From NCBI GenBank assembly GCA_963663165.1, contig OY760175.1, positions 2,336,001-2,400,000 of the forward strand: 64,000 bases of DNA, given 5' to 3'. This DNA comes from an uncultured Desulfospira sp. Lineage in GTDB: Bacteria > Desulfobacterota > Desulfobacteria > Desulfobacterales > Desulfobacteraceae. This document shows positions 60,640 to 64,000 of this stretch, in pieces. Position 1 is the stretch's first letter; every line of letters starts with the position of its first letter. A model generated the notes under the pieces. It worked only from the letters and a program-made list of their open reading frames with translations. It ran no database searches and had not been told where the DNA came from. Made by a program: the position numbers and the translations under genes.

Positions 60640-61614
60640 TTATTCCGGGAGAACAGGACAGATTGAGCGCGCCTGTTTAAGATAGGTGCCCGGGGTGGTG
60701 CCGTAATGCTGCCGGAACTGGCGGATAAAATGGGCGGTGTCGTGAAAGCCCAAAGCGTATGCGGTTTCATCCACATTCATCTGGCCTGTGGAAAGAAGGG
60801 TTGTGGCCTGGGCCATGCGGTACTGCCGCAGGTAGCCGAACACGGTGGTGCCGTATACCTGGCGAAATCCGCGCTTTAGTTTTGTGTCATTGAGACCGGC
60901 TTTCCGGGCAAGGGTTTTCAGGGTGGGTGGGGCGTCAGCTTCCCGGATCAGGATATCCCTGGCATGGCAGATTTTTGCCCGGTCCTGGCCTGAAAGGGCA
61001 TGGCCGGTATGGCCGGACTCCCCGGATTTCGCGGTTTCCCAGAGCAGGCGCAGGATCAGCTCCATGCTCTTGGCTTCAAGATAGCGGTTGTAAAAAGCGC
61101 CCTGGTAGTCGCAATTGTAAATCTGGTCCAGGATCATGCGGGCGGCAGGACTGATATCCAGGGCCAGGTTGAAGGGGGCCTGGTCCCTGTTTTCAAGGAC
61201 CCGGCCAAGTTTTTTGGGCACCTGGCTGACATCGTCCTGCAACAGCCCGCGCAATGTCCGGGGGGCAATGTACAGGTTGAGTACCCGAAAGGTCTGCCGG
61301 GCGTTCATCCGGGTCAGGCAGCGGCTTTCAGGGTTGAATGAGAGAACCGCTTTGCCCGGGCTGACATCAACCTGCTCTTTTTTTGAGGGGGACCGGGTCA
61401 TGGTGCCGGTGCCGCACCCTGACAAATGAAAGGCAAAGGCCAGGGGCGCCTGATCAATGTTAAACTCATTTTCTGCCGCAGTTTCGGACCGGATATCCAC
61501 AAACAGCACCTCAATGCCCGAAGGCAGGAAAACATGTTTGAGGCCCCGGGGGTCCAGGCGGCCAAAGGCCTTTAAAAAATTCCATGACGTATTCAATGCA
61601 ACTGCTGCCATCAT
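60640..61614 (-). CDS. AraC family regulator (PchR/YbtA-like)
   Basis: YLEAKSMEL, PPTL..LA...GLN..KLKRGFRQVYGTTVFGYLR. Start is uncertain. Confidence 0.92.
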   Translation of the reverse strand: MMAAVALNTSWNFLKAFGRLDPRGLKHVFLPSGIEVLFVDIRSETAAENEFNIDQAPLAFAFHLSGCGTGTMTRSPSKKEQVDVSPGKAVLSFNPESRCLTRMNARQTFRVLNLYIAPRTLRGLLQDDVSQVPKKLGRVLENRDQAPFNLALDISPAARMILDQIYNCDYQGAFYNRYLEAKSMELILRLLWETAKSGESGHTGHALSGQDRAKICHARDILIREADAPPTLKTLARKAGLNDTKLKRGFRQVYGTTVFGYLRQYRMAQATTLLSTGQMNVDETAYALGFHDTAHFIRQFRQHYGTTPGTYLKQARSICPVLPE

Positions 61615-61809
61615 CACTCTCCTCAATGCAGGATAGAAATAGCCCAGCATATTAGCTTTGTCAAACATTAATTTAAAAACATTACAAAGATGAAAAGCCA
61701 TAAAACTGCTCTCCAGATACCAATAAGATTCCTTTATTTACAATGACCACAGATGAATCCGGTTTAATATGGTCCTGAAACAAAAGTCGCATTTTAAAAA
61801 GGAGGCCAT

Positions 61810-62436
61810 ATGATTTCCCGACTCAGACAGATCCGGCAGCAGTTTATTGAAAAAACCGCCAGGCAACCCAAGGGTGCCTGGGCCATAAAACAATACAACG
61901 ACCCCAAAGCCCATTACCGATCATTCAGGATTATCATGGAGGCATTGCATCTTTCACAAAAGGATGTGTATTGCGAGATCGGCTGCGGCGGCGGCGTTCT
62001 GTTAAACATGGCCATGGAAAAGGCAGGCAGCGGTGCGGCCCTGGACCACAGCCCTGATATGGTCCGTCTCTCCATTGAAAACAACCGGGATGCTGTGGAA
62101 AGCCACCGGCTTGAGATCCTTGCGGGAAACGCCGAAGCTCTGCCCTGGCCGTCCCGGCGGTTCACGGCCTGTGCCTGTGCCAACATGTTTTTCTTTGTTG
62201 AACACCCCGATGCGGCCCTGGCTGAAATTTTCAGGGTCCTTGCCCCGGGTGGCCGGTTCTCCATGGTCACAGCCGGACAAAGTCTTTTAACCCGGATCTC
62301 CATGGGGTGGTTCTACAGTCTGAACACCTATCCGGATGCGGTCATGGCCGCCATGATGAAAGAGGCAGGGTTTTCGGATATCCGGGTGAAAACGCAAAGG
62401 CCCGGCTTATCCCAGGTCTGCTATGCAAGGAAGTGA
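61810..62436 (+). CDS. Class I SAM-dependent methyltransferase
   Basis: EIGCGGG, LDHSPDM, AEALP, EIFRVLAPGG. Confidence 0.92.
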   Translation: MISRLRQIRQQFIEKTARQPKGAWAIKQYNDPKAHYRSFRIIMEALHLSQKDVYCEIGCGGGVLLNMAMEKAGSGAALDHSPDMVRLSIENNRDAVESHRLEILAGNAEALPWPSRRFTACACANMFFFVEHPDAALAEIFRVLAPGGRFSMVTAGQSLLTRISMGWFYSLNTYPDAVMAAMMKEAGFSDIRVKTQRPGLSQVCYARK

Positions 62437-63444
62437 ACCCGGCAGCGCCTTTTGCCCGGGGCAGCTAAGCCGGAAGTCCGAAGGCCTTATGCCGTACTGT
62501 TTGTGAAAGGCCTGGGCAAAGTGGCTGGAACTGCAGAATCCTGCATCAAATGCCGCCTGGGTGATGCTCATTTTGTGCGTTTCAATCAGTTTTTTGGCAT
62601 ACTCCAGGCGCTGCCTTCTCAGATATTCGAACACGGTGCAGCCGAACACCTTTCTAAAGCCCCGGGTCAGGCGGGCATGGCTGATGCCCACAAGGCCTGC
62701 CAGTTCGGACAGGGACGGCGGATATTGCAGGCGGGAGACCAGAATGTCCCGGGCCGTTATGATGCGCTGCCGTTCATCGTCCCGGACCGGGGCCCCAGGG
62801 TCCGCCGGGGCGGTTGTGTCAAGGGCCTGGGACAGGATCAGTGCCACAAGCTCCATGGCCTTGCTTTCCAGAAAGATTCTGCGGATCATGCCCTGGTGGG
62901 GGCAGGCAAACATCTGGAACACAATGGACTGCATGGCAAAATCCATCTGCCGGGCAAACCGGCCGCAGCGCCGGGAAAGGCTGCGGAACAAAAGCGCATC
63001 CTCTTTTATGGAAAATTCCGGGGCCAGAAGCCTGTGCAAAAGACCGGGGGAAAAGTGGATGACCACGGCCTTAAGCTCTTTTCCCCCGGCGGTAATCCGT
63101 TCCAGCACCGGCTGTTCAAAATTTAAGATATCGGCCTGCCCGGCAGTGATGTCAAATGAGGCTGTTTTGTCCGGACTTCGGGTGCATGTGCCCCCGGACA
63201 GGCAGAAAACAAAGGAGATCCTTGGCGCGCTCCAGGTGATCCTGGCCTGGTAGTCCCGGATAAACCGGCAGTGGCTCATGCAAAGATCCATGCCCGGCCG
63301 GCAGGCCAGGTTATAGAACCTGCCCCGGCCAAGATCCGGCGGCAGGGGCCGCAGGGTCTCCCGGCCGGTCCCGCAGGACGGGCTTTGTGCGTCAAACCGG
63401 ATGAACTCTCCCCCGGGATTTCTGACTGTGATTTCAGGCGTCAT
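62407..63444 (-). CDS. AraC family regulator (PchR/YbtA-like)
   Basis: FLESKAMEL, PPSLSELA, GFRKVFGCTVFEYLR, SHFA..F...YG. Confidence 0.92.
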   Translation of the reverse strand: MTPEITVRNPGGEFIRFDAQSPSCGTGRETLRPLPPDLGRGRFYNLACRPGMDLCMSHCRFIRDYQARITWSAPRISFVFCLSGGTCTRSPDKTASFDITAGQADILNFEQPVLERITAGGKELKAVVIHFSPGLLHRLLAPEFSIKEDALLFRSLSRRCGRFARQMDFAMQSIVFQMFACPHQGMIRRIFLESKAMELVALILSQALDTTAPADPGAPVRDDERQRIITARDILVSRLQYPPSLSELAGLVGISHARLTRGFRKVFGCTVFEYLRRQRLEYAKKLIETHKMSITQAAFDAGFCSSSHFAQAFHKQYGIRPSDFRLSCPGQKALPGSLPCIADLG

Positions 63445-63668
63445 GGCCTTTTCTCTCCAAGGCGTGTTTTTAAAATCCAGCTAAAAAGTTATGATTTCCT
63501 AATCAATAATACAATATCATTCTTTTTTCAATATTCTTTATTGTTCCTGAAATGTTCAAAAATGTTCCGCATTTTATATTTTTCGGATCACGACCCGGGG
63601 TAATAAACACTGTGAACAACCTGCTGTGCAGGAAAATATGAACCATCATCCCGGGAGAAAAAAACATC

Positions 63669-64000
63669 ATGAAAAACAAGAGAAAACCGGGCCGGTTTGT
63701 TTCGGCCCTGATATTAACGGCCGCCTTCTTAATGCTGCCCGGCCGGGTATTCTGCCAAGAGGACAGGGGCAGTGAAGACAAAAGCCGGATCACGTCCCTT
63801 GGGGACACCGTTGTCACGGCCCGCAAACAAAAAGATCTTGAAATGGATCTGCCCGGCAGCATCAGCGTGGTGGACGAGCAGACCATGGACGAGTTTAGCA
63901 TCCGCACCACCGAAGAAATGACAAGGGTTGTGCCGAATCTGTATTTTAAAACCGCCACCTCGGGCGATACCTTTGTCAGCCGGGGAATCTCCACCATTGA
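63669..64000 (+). CDS. TonB-dependent receptor, N-terminal part (runs off the window)
   Basis: Manual translation gives a signal peptide, then LGDTVVTARK...LPGSISVV...VPNLYF...SRGIS. Confidence 0.88.
   Translation, partial: MKNKRKPGRFVSALILTAAFLMLPGRVFCQEDRGSEDKSRITSLGDTVVTARKQKDLEMDLPGSISVVDEQTMDEFSIRTTEEMTRVVPNLYFKTATSGDTFVSRGISTI

Noticed and set aside
63489..63520. Fur box upstream of the AraC/TonB receptor pair
   Set aside because: The symmetry is even (5-4-5) rather than 7-1-7; it fits the TTAG-N6-CTAA motif better.
5194..63997. Many antisense and nested ORFs in the track (e.g. 5280-6089, 18214-18918, 52632-53390, 62452-63253, 63503-63997)
   Set aside because: They are shadow frames of well-supported genes and lack motifs of their own.

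Overview
This is a chromosomal window from a sulfate-reducing deltaproteobacterium; Desulfobacteraceae-like is my inference from gene content and repeat style. Main parts in order: (1) 1-4710, the AT-rich end of an accessory island. It holds the last two tyrosine recombinases of a probable RIT element, a frameshifted rhuM, two intact toxin-antitoxin pairs and a relic DUF6883/DUF4926 pair, and it abuts a 5'-truncated adenylate cyclase. Three copies of an unrecognised ~68 bp site (TGARGYGWRGACTAC-N39/40-AGACTWTCC(C)TGT) separate the cargo modules like cassette boundaries; this is the best candidate for an undescribed system. (2) 5.1-12.9 kb, a TauE/DUF1634 transporter surrounded by receiver-domain proteins, a sensor kinase and an NtrC-like regulator lacking GAFTGA. 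(3) 13.0-16.0 kb, an AT-rich islet with an ABC-type ATPase and a TOPRIM-like partner, bracketed by a duplicated comF 3' end. (4) selB, a GNAT-like/acyltransferase pair, and an AT-rich islet with PEP-CTERM-like and CARDB-like surface proteins. (5) An LPS cluster (two GT9, Kdo kinase, lpxK, lptFG) with long simple-sequence repeats, a UGA-containing HesB-like selenoprotein that the ORF track splits, a U32 protein and galE. (6) 44.8-64 kb, a probable metallophore uptake region (MMPL trio, IrtAB/YbtPQ-like ABC pair, two TonB-dependent receptors, ECF transporter, two AraC regulators) with a recurring TTAG-N6-CTAA box. I saw no rRNA, tRNA or CRISPR array. All family calls come from motif recognition by eye; no database searches were run.
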